64,000 bases of DNA from the IMG/VR virus record IMGVR_UViG_3300029049_000006. One strand, given 5' to 3'. The notes beneath the pieces were generated by a model. The model did no database searches. It was not told the origin of the DNA and saw only the letters and a list, made by a program, of their open reading frames with translations. The translations under genes were made by a program, and so were the position numbers. Positions 18,865-28,014 of this stretch are shown here, piece by piece. This stretch comes from a virus. The first letter of the stretch is position 1, and the number at the start of each line of letters is the position of its first letter.

Positions 18865-18881
18865 TTTGCAACGATTGCAAA
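18865..18881. repeat. intergenic palindrome, copy 6 (TTTGCAACGATTGCAAA)
   Basis: One mismatch + T7. Confidence 0.85.
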
Positions 18882-18910
18882 TTTTTTTCTCAAAAAGATT
18901 CTTTTTTCTC

Positions 18911-19003
18911 TTGCAATTTCTAAAAAAGAATGATAAATTGAGTTCATCAAAGGGAGGGAAACCTCCCAAGAATAAAAAACCTAAAAACCTGAAAGACAAG
19001 ATT
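18911..19003 (+). promoter_or_regulatory. sigma70-like promoter + structured leader
   Basis: TTGCAA-N17-TGATAAATT. Hairpin GGGAGGGAAACCTCCC. Confidence 0.55.
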
Positions 19004-19216
19004 ATGAACAACAAAGAAACATTCTATCTGGTTGAAGTTTACCACCTCGGAACTGCTGTTGGCAGCCTTATTTCCCTTGACCATGTGCACCGTTGCAAGT
19101 CCCTGGAATCTGCGAAAGACTTTGGTTCCATCATGAAAGAAAAAAATGGGTGGTTTGAAGTAACGGAAATTACTTCCAAAGGCCGTTCCATTGTGTTTGA
19201 CTCCCGCAACAACTAA
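19004..19216 (+). CDS. small hypothetical protein
   Basis: First ATG at 19004 (MNNKETFYLVEV...) after a promoter-leader. The track ORF starts at 18836 inside the leader. Confidence 0.4.
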   Translation: MNNKETFYLVEVYHLGTAVGSLISLDHVHRCKSLESAKDFGSIMKEKNGWFEVTEITSKGRSIVFDSRNN

Positions 19217-19228
19217 CCCGTCAGGACG

Positions 19229-19417
19229 ATGAAAGTACAGGCTAAAGTTATTACCGAACAGGAGTGCAAATGGCACGGGGTTGCCCTTCAAGATATGGAA
19301 GTGGCGGAAATCCGGGTTGCTGCCTGGTTCCTTACTGAAAAGTCTTGTGGAATAAAAAACCGTCAATATGATTTTGAAGGGGTCAAGGCTAAAAAAAAGC
19401 GGCATCCTCGGAAGTAA
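19229..19417 (+). CDS. small hypothetical protein
   Basis: 62 aa ATG ORF. Confidence 0.3.
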   Translation: MKVQAKVITEQECKWHGVALQDMEVAEIRVAAWFLTEKSCGIKNRQYDFEGVKAKKKRHPRK

Positions 19418-19448
19418 CGCAAATGCTGGTTCTGGGAGTCGTTTTTTC

Positions 19449-19562
19449 ATGAAATCAAAAGCACAAGCCGCCATTGATATCCTTCTCAAAATGCGGAACA
19501 CGGAATGGGAAAATCGGTATAAAGAAAACGGCATTAAGTTTGAAACCTGCGTGAATATCTAA
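19449..19562 (+). CDS. small hypothetical protein
   Basis: 37 aa from ATG 19449 (MKSKAQAAIDILLK...). Ends just before a hairpin. Confidence 0.2.
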   Translation: MKSKAQAAIDILLKMRNTEWENRYKENGIKFETCVNI

Positions 19563-19656
19563 AATCCTCAAGCCCCTCTTTGGAGGGGCAAGACCCCTCC
19601 ACCGCAACCAGAAAAACTTTTCAGCAGTAAAAATTTTCGGTGGTACTAATTAGGTT

Positions 19657-19704
19657 CTGCCCCCTTTTCCGGCATTCCGTTGCTGGGAAGGGGGCAGTTT
19701 TTTT
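19657..19704 (+). terminator. rho-independent terminator
   Basis: CTGCCCCCTTT ... AAGGGGGCAG stem followed by TTTTTTT. Confidence 0.6.
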
Positions 19705-19913
19705 GCGTCAATTTGTAGTGGTATTTTTAATTTTAGCGCACAAATAACTATATATTGCGGCTATTTTCGTAAACGGTTGACTTTGAGAAAAATAAACTCT
19801 TGAACCGGTTTGGCGGCAAGTTAAGATGCCGGAGGTTAAACACTAGTTTGGCTGTCTTCTATCTTTTCGGCCCCTAATTCGGAGTGATGCCCGGATTAGG
19901 GGCCTTTTTTTTC
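19705..19913 (+). ncRNA. candidate small non-coding transcription unit (ORF-less, bounded by two intrinsic terminators)
   Basis: About 165 nt with no ORF over 30 codons between the terminators at 19657-19704 and 19869-19913. No tRNA cloverleaf seen. Confidence 0.25.
19869..19913 (+). terminator. rho-independent terminator
   Basis: GGCCCCTAAT ... ATTAGGGGCC stem followed by T9. Confidence 0.65.
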
Positions 19914-19918
19914 TTCAA

Positions 19919-19935
19919 TTTGCAACCATTGCAAA
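19919..19935. repeat. intergenic palindrome, copy 7 (TTTGCAACCATTGCAAA)
   Basis: One mismatch + T7. Immediately after a GC hairpin terminator. Confidence 0.85.
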
Positions 19936-19964
19936 TTTTTTTCTCAAAAAGATTCTTTTTTCTC

Positions 19965-20061
19965 TTGCAATTCAGAAAAAATAATGCTAAATTACATTCA
20001 TCAAAGGGAGGGAATCCCTAAGAGAAAAAACTTAAAAACCTAAAAAACCTGTTAGACTAAA
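19965..20061 (+). promoter_or_regulatory. sigma70-like promoter + structured leader
   Basis: About 110 nt virtually identical to 18177-18273. Confidence 0.6.
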
Positions 20062-20331
20062 ATGAATACCGTAACCGAAACTGAAATCAAGTTAGGCTCC
20101 AAAATTAAACCGACTTGGAAGCTTTCCAGGGTGCGTGCGATTGTCGGAAAGGAAACCGAAAAGGCAATCCGTATTGACCTCGATTATAGCAGCAGGTCTG
20201 AATATCATTGGCTTCCAAAAAGCCTTATTGCAGCTATCGAAGAAAAAGAGGACGGAACATGGGCCGGGGATTCTTACATTACTCTTCCCACCTGGTTTTG
20301 CATCGAAAATGGCTTTGTGACCGAACAATAA
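20062..20331 (+). CDS. hypothetical early protein
   Basis: 89 aa. Preceded by a promoter-leader identical to the one at 18177-18273. Confidence 0.5.
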   Translation: MNTVTETEIKLGSKIKPTWKLSRVRAIVGKETEKAIRIDLDYSSRSEYHWLPKSLIAAIEEKEDGTWAGDSYITLPTWFCIENGFVTEQ

Positions 20332-20338
20332 AACGCGT

Positions 20339-20533
20339 ATGAAATTCTTTCTGTCTTTCGTTTCCGAAGCAATGGGCGTTGCCGTGATTGGGTATATGGC
20401 CGTATGTGCTTACTGGCTTCTATTTTGCTATCTGGCAACCGACCAGGAGTTTAATTCAACCCTTTATCCTCCCCCGGCATATGTCCAGGCCGCTTTTAAC
20501 GCGGCGGATTCCCTTTACCACCTGATATTTTAA
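20339..20533 (+). CDS. small hydrophobic protein
   Basis: 64 aa with a central hydrophobic stretch AVIGYMAVCAYWLLFCYLA. Confidence 0.4.
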   Translation: MKFFLSFVSEAMGVAVIGYMAVCAYWLLFCYLATDQEFNSTLYPPPAYVQAAFNAADSLYHLIF

Positions 20534-20535
20534 TT

Positions 20536-21138
20536 ATGAAACCCGCTATGCAATCTCAAATGACTGATTTACTGCACGACGCTGACCGCCTTTCAGAAGA
20601 GGCATATCGTTCCCGGCTGCGCTATCTGGGCAGGCTGGTTGATTCGCCCCAGAATGCCCCCATAGTGCGGAAAGTGCGGAATATGGGCGCCAAACGCTGG
20701 AACAGCCTGATTCAGCTCGTGCATAACGTGTGCATTGCTTCCGACGAGCCTCTGGGGCTTCATGACCGGAACTGGCTGGAATCGGCATTAGGCTACACAG
20801 CGTTGCATGTGTTTATTTCCGCCGGAAACCGAAGGCTGATGTTTATCCAGATTATGCTGGACGAGCTGTTTTCCGGGCGGGAATTCGCGGGCTTTGACCG
20901 CATCATCGCCCTTGTGGCCAAAGAGGCCCCCATTGTATATAATGGTTCCGGGCTTTATTACCATATCCCCCCGGTAATCCGTCAGGAGCTGGAATTAAAC
21001 GCGGGAAGGGGAAGCGGCGCCAGCGTCCGGAAAAATCTGGAAGACAGCATCCGGCATTTGGACGGCATCAGCCGGAAATGCACGGGTGTTCCCGTCATCA
21101 CCCATATGCTTTACTATGGCCTCCGTTTGTTCTCCTGA
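20536..21138 (+). CDS. hypothetical protein
   Basis: 200 aa ATG ORF. Confidence 0.45.
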   Translation: MKPAMQSQMTDLLHDADRLSEEAYRSRLRYLGRLVDSPQNAPIVRKVRNMGAKRWNSLIQLVHNVCIASDEPLGLHDRNWLESALGYTALHVFISAGNRRLMFIQIMLDELFSGREFAGFDRIIALVAKEAPIVYNGSGLYYHIPPVIRQELELNAGRGSGASVRKNLEDSIRHLDGISRKCTGVPVITHMLYYGLRLFS

Positions 21139-21889
21139 TTCCCGGCCCGTTGAGGGCAGTCTGGTAAAACCGGGCTTTTACTCTGTGCTGGAAAAATTGC
21201 CGCTGGAATACATAGGCCCCTCCGAACGGTTTTTCCTGTGGTTGGAATTTGCTTTTTCCGTCATGTCCGGAACGCCCCTGAATTCTTCCGTTACCGAAAA
21301 AATGAGCGCGGGAAGGGAAGGTTATGAGGCTATCCAGCGCGGGTTTCTGGACTGCATCAGGCTTCTTGGGGACGACATGGAGCGGAAGCCCTATGAAGAC
21401 CTGCTGGGAGGTTACCATGAAATGTTGAACAGTCAGATGACCCGGACGGCAAACGGTCAATTTTATACCCCGATGCATGTCTGCCGTCTTATGGCTAAAA
21501 TCACCGTATCGGAACAGCTCGTGGAAAAACTGAAACTTGGGGAAGTGATAAAAATGAACGAGCCCGCCTGCGGCTCCGGGCGCACTATGCTTGCCGTAGC
21601 GGAAATACTTTCCGAACACCGCTCCAAGATGCGTGTGATTTGCACCGACATCGACATCCGGGCCTGCTGGATGTGTTTCATCAACTTGACTATGTGGGGC
21701 ATCCCGGCAACGGTCATCCACGGGGATACGCTGTCTGGGAAAGAGTGGGGGCGCTGGGTCAATATGTTTTGGTTGATTGGAGAGGCGGAAAGAAAACGCC
21801 AGCTCAAGGTCAAAAAAATTATAGACGCAGTGCAGAAGCTTTGCCCTGATGAACAAAATATTCCGGCATTTCCCCGGTGCAGAGACTAA
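21116..21889 (+). CDS. SAM-dependent N6-adenine DNA methyltransferase-like protein (HsdM-type motifs, catalytic NPPY not seen)
   Basis: GQFYTPMHV (motif X). MNEPACGSGRTML (motif I, cf. DPACGSG). HGDTL. No NPP[YF] motif found before the stop. First ATG 21116 (the track starts at GTG 21086). Confidence 0.4.
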   Translation: MASVCSPDSRPVEGSLVKPGFYSVLEKLPLEYIGPSERFFLWLEFAFSVMSGTPLNSSVTEKMSAGREGYEAIQRGFLDCIRLLGDDMERKPYEDLLGGYHEMLNSQMTRTANGQFYTPMHVCRLMAKITVSEQLVEKLKLGEVIKMNEPACGSGRTMLAVAEILSEHRSKMRVICTDIDIRACWMCFINLTMWGIPATVIHGDTLSGKEWGRWVNMFWLIGEAERKRQLKVKKIIDAVQKLCPDEQNIPAFPRCRD

Positions 21890-21896
21890 CAAAAAA

Positions 21897-22475
21897 ATGA
21901 AAGCTAAGAAAAGAGTATTTAACCCGGAAATGCGGGAAGAAATCCGCACGTTTATTACCGACATGATTAGCCGGGGGGCGGCCTATAATTCCATTGATTT
22001 TATCCTGGATTCCCTGGCCGACGATATTAAATCCCTCCGGGAATCCCCAGACTTGTCGCGGAAAGCGGAAACGGAAACCGCCATTGCCTGGTGTGAGGAA
22101 CTTTGCAAGCATATTGCGCGTTTGCGCGGAAAATATAACTCCGTAAAAAATCCGTATGACGAAGGTCTGGCGGCCTGCAACGTATTGGCTCAAATCAGGA
22201 TAGACTTGTTGGAACGGTCCACCTCGAAAGAATTTCACCGTAATAACAGCCCGGACGGGAAGACACCGCGGTCAAGCCCTAATATCAATTATGAGCTTTG
22301 CATCGCCATCACGTCCGCTGCGATAAATAATCTGTACCGTCAGATTGATGCGGCGGTGAATTTGCATAACATGAATATCCTCCTGGGCTTTTACGACGAC
22401 ATCCAGAATGACCGAATCACGCCCCATCTTACCGGATGGGGAGGAAGCCCCGCCGGGGAACCTGAAACCCGTTAA
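21897..22475 (+). CDS. hypothetical protein
   Basis: ATG 21897 (MKAKKRVFNPEM...). Track ORF 21849-22475. Confidence 0.4.
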   Translation: MKAKKRVFNPEMREEIRTFITDMISRGAAYNSIDFILDSLADDIKSLRESPDLSRKAETETAIAWCEELCKHIARLRGKYNSVKNPYDEGLAACNVLAQIRIDLLERSTSKEFHRNNSPDGKTPRSSPNINYELCIAITSAAINNLYRQIDAAVNLHNMNILLGFYDDIQNDRITPHLTGWGGSPAGEPETR

Positions 22476-22503
22476 GTTTACTTAAACGTCAAAAAAGAAA
22501 AAG

Positions 22504-23136
22504 ATGAATACAGCACCAAAAAAACATTCCTGGGTAAGCTGGTTTTACCCGTTTCCCGCCCATTGCGTTATTCTAAACCGGCTATTCTGCCGGCTTGCAA
22601 TAGCGAGTCTGGCGCTTCTGGTCGTCCTGCCTCTTTACTGGTTTTTCTTCCCGGACTTGTGGGAGGGCTGGGTGACGGAAGGGCAGACCATATATTGGAT
22701 GCTGATTGCCGTTATTTCTGCGGTGGAATGTTCCGACGTTTGGATTTCCCGGTTGAAAATATCCTTGTTCCGGAGGCATTGCTCCAAGAAAAAAATGCAC
22801 GATTTATACTTCCGGCAGCAGGTACGGCAGCTTATTATCCAGGAGCGGGGCGTAGTTTACTTTTCCGACTATTTAATTGACGGAGAATTTACGCGGAAGC
22901 ATTTTTTATTTTTATACTGGGAATTTAAATGGGGCCGCTTTCTGACTTTCCGGGAACCCTGGAAAGTGTATGTCGTGATGCACGAGGATAAGGATTGTGC
23001 GTCTATTTTTTCCCGCGATACCTCTTCGGATTTTCATTTGGAGCTTGCTAGACATTTGCCGAGCATTAAAATGGCCGACGCACACGTTTGTGGCCGCGCC
23101 ATTTCTATCGACTATGACCATCCCGCTGTTCCGTAA
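22504..23136 (+). CDS. putative membrane protein
   Basis: 210 aa. Two or three N-terminal hydrophobic segments (IASLALLVVLPLYWFFF, IYWMLIAVISAV). Confidence 0.45.
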   Translation: MNTAPKKHSWVSWFYPFPAHCVILNRLFCRLAIASLALLVVLPLYWFFFPDLWEGWVTEGQTIYWMLIAVISAVECSDVWISRLKISLFRRHCSKKKMHDLYFRQQVRQLIIQERGVVYFSDYLIDGEFTRKHFLFLYWEFKWGRFLTFREPWKVYVVMHEDKDCASIFSRDTSSDFHLELARHLPSIKMADAHVCGRAISIDYDHPAVP

Positions 23137-23581
23137 AAAAAAATATGTGCCGAATCCTGATTTAATTTTTCCCGATACGCAGGATGAATATCTGTTCAGA
23201 TTCCGGGAAGCCTCAATGGCTCACAAGGCTATCCATTTTGAGATAACCGGATATCCGGGGGATTCAAGGGCATTTTTGTACAAAGTCCACCACCTCGACG
23301 GTACTTGCATGGAGCACCGCTGCCCCAACAGGCGGGCAGTTAGCCGCCTGTCCGCTTATGACGATTTGTTCTCAATATACTGCAACCGGAAATTTTGGTT
23401 GTACGTCAAAGACTACGTTGACCCCAAGTGGTTCCGCTCCATGAGCACGATTTTATTTCTGGCCGCAAAAAAAGGGCATCGGATGCGCCGGGAAGATTTG
23501 ATTCATAAAGTGTTTTTGGAGGGCTACTGCTACGACCCGGATGTCGATTACGACGGGTTGACGGTGGCTTTATTTTCCTGA
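23114..23581 (+). CDS. hypothetical protein
   Basis: ATG 23114 (MTIPLFRKKKYVPNPD...) within track ORF 22997-23581. Confidence 0.4.
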   Translation: MTIPLFRKKKYVPNPDLIFPDTQDEYLFRFREASMAHKAIHFEITGYPGDSRAFLYKVHHLDGTCMEHRCPNRRAVSRLSAYDDLFSIYCNRKFWLYVKDYVDPKWFRSMSTILFLAAKKGHRMRREDLIHKVFLEGYCYDPDVDYDGLTVALFS

Positions 23582-23596
23582 TAGACTTCCCGGCAT

Positions 23597-24451
23597 ATGG
23601 CAACTGATAATGATGACGAGTTTTCCGGTTTTTTCGGGGACGATTCCGGCGGATTTTTCGATGAACCCCAGGAACCTTCCAGCGCCCCAGATACCCCGGA
23701 ATCACAGGAGGAAGCCCCGCCGGAGGAACCTGACGAAGACGAGGATGACGGGGAACTTAATGAGCTTGCCGGGACTGGCGCCGGAACGGTCGCACGCCTG
23801 AACCCGGAGATTCGACATCAGATTATGGCCCAGGCCAATTCCCGCGCCTGGACGCGCCATGAACGCCATGTTGTCATGCGCCGGGCCATGTCGGCGGGAA
23901 AGCTGGAAGAGATTATTGACTGGTACCCGCGTTCCGGACAGAGCATCCACATTTTATCTTGTGGGGAGGTAGATTTGTTTTCCTACTTGCATTTCATGCT
24001 CCGTCAACGCCCCTATGCCTACATTTTGCTTTCGACATTCAGCCTCGGCTACATGGAAATTCGCAACCTGCACGAGTATCTGGAAAAAGGAGTGATTGGC
24101 CGCCTGGATGTGTATGCCGGAAGCATTTTCCGCAACCGGACTATCCGGACGCGGGAATATGATGCGCTGGTTGCCCTGCACCAGAGATTTCCGCATTGTT
24201 TTTGCGGTCTGGCAAATGTCCACGCGAAAGTCATTGCCGGGATTGACCGGGACAATGGGGAAGGCGACTTTGTTGTAGAGGCCAGTGCTAATGCCAACCT
24301 GAATTTCCGCGTTGAGCAGGCTTGTCTGACGATGGACACCGATTTGGCGCTTTTTTACAAGGAGGCGTTTGACGGCGTGGATTGCCCGCAGGATGCCCAG
24401 TATTTTAAGGATGTGAGGCGGACTCCGTGGGTGGTTGACCGGAAAAGCTGA
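23597..24451 (+). CDS. hypothetical protein with acidic N-terminus and possible PLD-like HxK motif
   Basis: 284 aa. N-terminus is D/E-rich. HAKVIAGIDRDNGEGDFVVEASANAN loosely resembles the PLD HxK(x)4D(x)6GSxN nuclease motif. Confidence 0.4.
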   Translation: MATDNDDEFSGFFGDDSGGFFDEPQEPSSAPDTPESQEEAPPEEPDEDEDDGELNELAGTGAGTVARLNPEIRHQIMAQANSRAWTRHERHVVMRRAMSAGKLEEIIDWYPRSGQSIHILSCGEVDLFSYLHFMLRQRPYAYILLSTFSLGYMEIRNLHEYLEKGVIGRLDVYAGSIFRNRTIRTREYDALVALHQRFPHCFCGLANVHAKVIAGIDRDNGEGDFVVEASANANLNFRVEQACLTMDTDLALFYKEAFDGVDCPQDAQYFKDVRRTPWVVDRKS

Positions 24452-24468
24452 TTTGCAATCATTGCAAA
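24452..24468. repeat. intergenic palindrome, copy 8
   Basis: Perfect copy directly after a stop codon. Confidence 0.9.
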
Positions 24469-24496
24469 TTTTTCCCGGCAATCCTGATTTTTTCTC

Positions 24497-24586
24497 TTGC
24501 AATTTGTCAAAAAGAATGCTAACTTATATTCATCAAAGGGAGATAAAACCTTAAAAATAAAAAACCTAAAAACCTGTTAGAATAAG
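24497..24586 (+). promoter_or_regulatory. sigma70-like promoter + leader
   Basis: TTGCAA-N17-TGCTAACTT. Leader CATCAAAGGGAGATAAAACCTT. Confidence 0.5.
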
Positions 24587-24859
24587 ATGACCGGAATTAC
24601 ACTGCAAGACGGAGTTTCAGAAATCAATAAGTATTTTCAGAAGTATTGCCGCCCCAGTAAGGTGCGTAACGCTTCTCTTATTTCTCAGCATTCCGTAATG
24701 ATAAAGGCAGACCCCAGTGACATCAAAGACGATTCCAGCTGTGATAAGGCCCTCCGCCATTTGAAGCAGCTCGTGCAGGACATGACCTGCATGGAGGTGG
24801 AATCCGTGGATATTGACCGCTATTCCAGCGGGTACGAGTTCACTTTTACCTTGCGTTGA
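24587..24859 (+). CDS. small hypothetical early protein
   Basis: 90 aa, after a promoter-leader module. Confidence 0.45.
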   Translation: MTGITLQDGVSEINKYFQKYCRPSKVRNASLISQHSVMIKADPSDIKDDSSCDKALRHLKQLVQDMTCMEVESVDIDRYSSGYEFTFTLR

Positions 24860-24918
24860 TTTTTGCATTGCGGAGGGGGGAACAATCCCCCTCCGAGAAT
24901 AAAAATCTGACAGCAACT

Positions 24919-25140
24919 ATGGAGCCGCAGCGGGACAGGGACGGGTACTGGCGCAGTTTATCGGAATCTATCAATAAAATTGCGGAAGACTACCGGCTAT
25001 CCAGTGCCGAGCTTGCACAGAGCGCGATTGCTTTTCACCGCGCCGCGCAGCAGCTGCTGGAACTGCGGAAAAAGTCAAGCAATCCTCCCAAGTCTCCGGA
25101 AGTAATAGTACGCCGGGTTCCGCGTAAATTCCGCGGCTAA
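24919..25140 (+). CDS. small hypothetical protein
   Basis: ATG 24919. Preceded by a leader-type hairpin GGAGGGGGGAACAATCCCCCTCC. Confidence 0.35.
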   Translation: MEPQRDRDGYWRSLSESINKIAEDYRLSSAELAQSAIAFHRAAQQLLELRKKSSNPPKSPEVIVRRVPRKFRG

Positions 25141-25171
25141 ATGACAATTTTTTTTTAACAAAAATATACAT

Positions 25172-25504
25172 ATGGAAGACGAGCCGAAAATTGCATCACC
25201 AAGAAAAATTAAACCGGTGTTCCGGAAATGGGGATTTGACTACCGCCTAATCCGAAGGCAGGGGAATGTGGTCTTGTACGAGCAGAAATCCAAATACGGG
25301 AATATCATATCGTATGAGGTCATGCGCGTCCAAACGGTCAAGTCCCCCACGGAGTTTCATCAGGTCGGCGACGAGTACCTTCCCGGAACCAACTCCTGGG
25401 GAACTCTGGGCTGGACACTCGGCACGCTGAAAGATGCTGAAAAGCGTTTTGCCGAAATAGTGTACCGGTATGAGCCTTCCGAGGTAAAAATCTCAAGACG
25501 CTAG
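25172..25504 (+). CDS. hypothetical protein
   Basis: 110 aa ATG ORF. Confidence 0.45.
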   Translation: MEDEPKIASPRKIKPVFRKWGFDYRLIRRQGNVVLYEQKSKYGNIISYEVMRVQTVKSPTEFHQVGDEYLPGTNSWGTLGWTLGTLKDAEKRFAEIVYRYEPSEVKISRR

Positions 25505-25524
25505 CGCGGGCTGGCTACCGACTG

Positions 25525-25701
25525 ATGTTTCTGCAGTTTTTAGCTTCCGGGGCCGTGACAGTTCTAGGCGCTCAAATGTTGCTTTGCACCTTTTCCTGCA
25601 TCAGACACCGGATGCTGGTTGGAGCAATCCTTAACTGGCTGGCGGGCATTGCGCTGATTAAATGCGGGTATTATTTATTACTGGATATTTTCATGTAGTT
25701 A
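25525..25701 (+). CDS. small hydrophobic protein (about 58 aa)
   Basis: MFLQFLASGAVTVLGAQMLLCTF...AILNWLAGIALIKCGYYLLLDIFM gives two predicted TM segments. Below the ORF-track size cutoff. End coordinate approximate. Confidence 0.3.
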
Positions 25702-25727
25702 AAAAATTATTTTTTGTGTTTTTTATC

Positions 25728-25817
25728 TTGCAATTTCTGAAAAATAATACTAAAGTACATTCATCGGGGGGGAGAGAAAAACCCTGAGAATAAAAACCTG
25801 AAATATAATAAAACACG
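25728..25817 (+). promoter_or_regulatory. sigma70-like promoter + leader (no upstream palindrome)
   Basis: TTGCAATTTCTGAAAAATAATACTAAAGT. Leader CATCGGGGGGGAGAGAAAAACCCT. Confidence 0.5.
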
Positions 25818-26201
25818 ATGAGCAACAATTATTGTTTAAAAGCTTCCGGCAAGCAGATTGTCGAACTCGCGCGGTTAATGGATGTGCATTCCAGACGCAC
25901 CGGATTTGATGAGCCGATATTGTACCTGGGAGATGCCTGCCGCCTGGAACCCATTCCCTACTCCAAAGTGTATGCGACTTGCGACACGCCCCGGATATTT
26001 TCCGCATGTCTGGTGGATGAATCCAGCTCCCATGACCTGATGGAGCTGACTGACCTGTTTGGTGTGGTAGGCTTGTTCCCTCATCACCCCCGGCTGCTTC
26101 CGTCTTATTTCAGCACGCAAAAATTAAAGTTCTGCGGGGAATATGTCTCCGTATATTGCGCGTATATTTACGTTCCTGAACATCCTGATTTTTTGCAATG
26201 A
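25818..26201 (+). CDS. hypothetical early protein
   Basis: 127 aa after a promoter-leader. Its stop codon lies inside palindrome copy 9. Confidence 0.45.
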   Translation: MSNNYCLKASGKQIVELARLMDVHSRRTGFDEPILYLGDACRLEPIPYSKVYATCDTPRIFSACLVDESSSHDLMELTDLFGVVGLFPHHPRLLPSYFSTQKLKFCGEYVSVYCAYIYVPEHPDFLQ

Positions 26202-26208
26202 TTGCAAA
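26192..26208. repeat. intergenic palindrome, copy 9
   Basis: Perfect copy. Contains the TGA stop of the 25818-26201 gene. Confidence 0.9.
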
Positions 26209-26246
26209 TTCAAAAACTTTTTTATCAATTACAATAATTTAATTTT

Positions 26247-27314
26247 ATGAAGTTCTACACGAAAATCCCTAAGAATCCTTCCAACGTTTCCCACACCTCT
26301 TCCCTTACAGGCGAATATCAGGAATATCTTAAACACGGGTTTATTTACGATAAACTTCCAGCTTACAAACCAAAGCGAAAAACGATGTTCCAGGCGCTTT
26401 CTTCCATAGCAGGGCTGAAAGCTACCCGGAATCCGGGCTACTTTTCTCCGGTAGTGCATAACAATATCGCTTACGCTACAAACGGTTGTATTCTGGTCTG
26501 GATAGACTTGTCCCTGGTGGACGAGGCGGAAAGAATGGATGAAGGCATTCATTTTAATTCGACATTGTGGACAGGAGACCTGGACAAAACGGAAATGGTG
26601 GAAGCTTCCATTCGCCGGCTGGCGGAATCCAGCTGGGGCGAGTTTAAACAGCTGCTGGAAAAATCCGGGGAAGCCGATTACGTCACACGGCAATTCCGCA
26701 TTGAGCATATGCCGGTGCTGAAAAAAGCCGGGCAAAGTTTTTATTGTCTGGATGCGGGTACACAGGCAGTTTGGGCCGCAGTCAATATTCCGGTGTGCCC
26801 GATTGTCCACGTATCAAGTGCGTCCCTATACACGTGGATGGATGCCGTTTATTCCCTGATGCCGGAAAAACAGTTTCCCGCCATTACCGCGCACCTGTCC
26901 GTTCCGAAGGAATCCGGGCGGAAAAATAGCATCTATCTATCTGTGGAAGGGTTTGAATACAACCGGCTTGGCGCCTTCGTTTATGGTACTGACCATTTTC
27001 CGGAAAGGCTGACCTACCTATGGACTGACCCGGATGCGGACCCCAAAGCCGGAGGGCTGACTTTGCCGATACAAAAAGACCCGGAGAACGATGGCCCAAG
27101 ATGGAGTGAAGCGCGTCTTGTCCCTGTACATGACCCGACGGACCGTTCCATGATTATTTCCGTGCCGGGAAGAGTAAGTGATTGCGTCCAGGTAAAAGGA
27201 AACAATGGAGGCCCGGAACTGCATTTTTACTGTGATGAGCGTTCTATGCGCCGGTTTTATCAGTCTTTAGGGGAATACTTTAGCCGACGGGACGCGGGAA
27301 AAAGTGAATCATAA
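26247..27314 (+). CDS. hypothetical protein
   Basis: 355 aa ATG ORF. No motif recognised. Confidence 0.5.
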   Translation: MKFYTKIPKNPSNVSHTSSLTGEYQEYLKHGFIYDKLPAYKPKRKTMFQALSSIAGLKATRNPGYFSPVVHNNIAYATNGCILVWIDLSLVDEAERMDEGIHFNSTLWTGDLDKTEMVEASIRRLAESSWGEFKQLLEKSGEADYVTRQFRIEHMPVLKKAGQSFYCLDAGTQAVWAAVNIPVCPIVHVSSASLYTWMDAVYSLMPEKQFPAITAHLSVPKESGRKNSIYLSVEGFEYNRLGAFVYGTDHFPERLTYLWTDPDADPKAGGLTLPIQKDPENDGPRWSEARLVPVHDPTDRSMIISVPGRVSDCVQVKGNNGGPELHFYCDERSMRRFYQSLGEYFSRRDAGKSES

Positions 27315-27388
27315 ATAGCCGCAAGGGAACTCCGGGGAAATAATCTTCCCCGGAGCTTTTTTATTCCTCCCCCGATTTCCTTTTCCAA

Positions 27389-27405
27389 TTTGCAACGATT
27401 GCAAA
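27389..27405. repeat. intergenic palindrome, copy 10 (TTTGCAACGATTGCAAA)
   Basis: One mismatch + T7. Confidence 0.85.
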
Positions 27406-27433
27406 TTTTTTTCTCAAAAAAGATTTTTTTCTC

Positions 27434-27524
27434 TTGCAATTTCTAAAAAAGAATGATAAATTACATTCATCAAAGGGAGGGAATCCCTGAGAGAAAAAAA
27501 CAAAAAACCTAAATTACTGATACC
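27434..27524 (+). promoter_or_regulatory. sigma70-like promoter + structured leader
   Basis: Same consensus as 18177. Hairpin AGGGAGGGAATCCCT. Confidence 0.6.
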
Positions 27525-27785
27525 ATGAATGCTAAAACCAAAACCAAAACGACAATGTACAAATGGACTGCTTGCAACCCTTACAGCTACCTCAATGGAG
27601 TTGTAGAAGCCCGCACTTTGCTTGGAGCTGTCCGGGCGGGGCGTAAGTATGTGGAAGATGAACTTGGCGGCGAGGGAGAAATCCGCATCTGGGAAAGCAT
27701 TGACGGAGGCCGCACATGGAAGCTGGTGAGGACGGATGAGAAAGGCATCTTTTCCATGACTGGATGGGCAGTTCGGCACGAGTAA
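27525..27785 (+). CDS. small protein, YKWTA-family paralog 1
   Basis: 86 aa. MYKWTACNP...ESIDGGRTWKLVR parallels the 39001 gene (IYRWTAKTS...ASPDGGKTWYVSR). Both are behind promoter-leader modules. Confidence 0.5.
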   Translation: MNAKTKTKTTMYKWTACNPYSYLNGVVEARTLLGAVRAGRKYVEDELGGEGEIRIWESIDGGRTWKLVRTDEKGIFSMTGWAVRHE

Positions 27786-27864
27786 TCGTGCCTTTCCCCC
27801 CCCCTATTTTTAATTAACCAAGCAAAAAGATATACCAAACAAAAAAAACGAAAGGAACTGAAAC

Positions 27865-28014
27865 ATGTATAAAATGTGCCGTGATTGCAGTTGGAGAGAC
27901 CAGGAAGACGGCTGTTGCTGGAATTCGCGAAGCTTTCGATACCTTACCGAAGTGGACGAAGATGAGGAAATCTGCGGAGAATACGAACCGGATGAAGAAA
28001 CCCAGGACGCGTAA
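27865..28014 (+). CDS. small Cys-rich protein (49 aa)
   Basis: MYKMCRDCSWRDQEDGCCWNSRSF.... ATG 27865, stop overlaps the next start. Below the track cutoff. Confidence 0.3.
   Translation: MYKMCRDCSWRDQEDGCCWNSRSFRYLTEVDEDEEICGEYEPDEETQDA

Noticed and set aside
19562-20061. tRNA gene in the ORF-less region
   Set aside because: No sequence forming an acceptor stem plus T-arm (GTTC..A) cloverleaf could be traced by eye. Only terminator hairpins were found.
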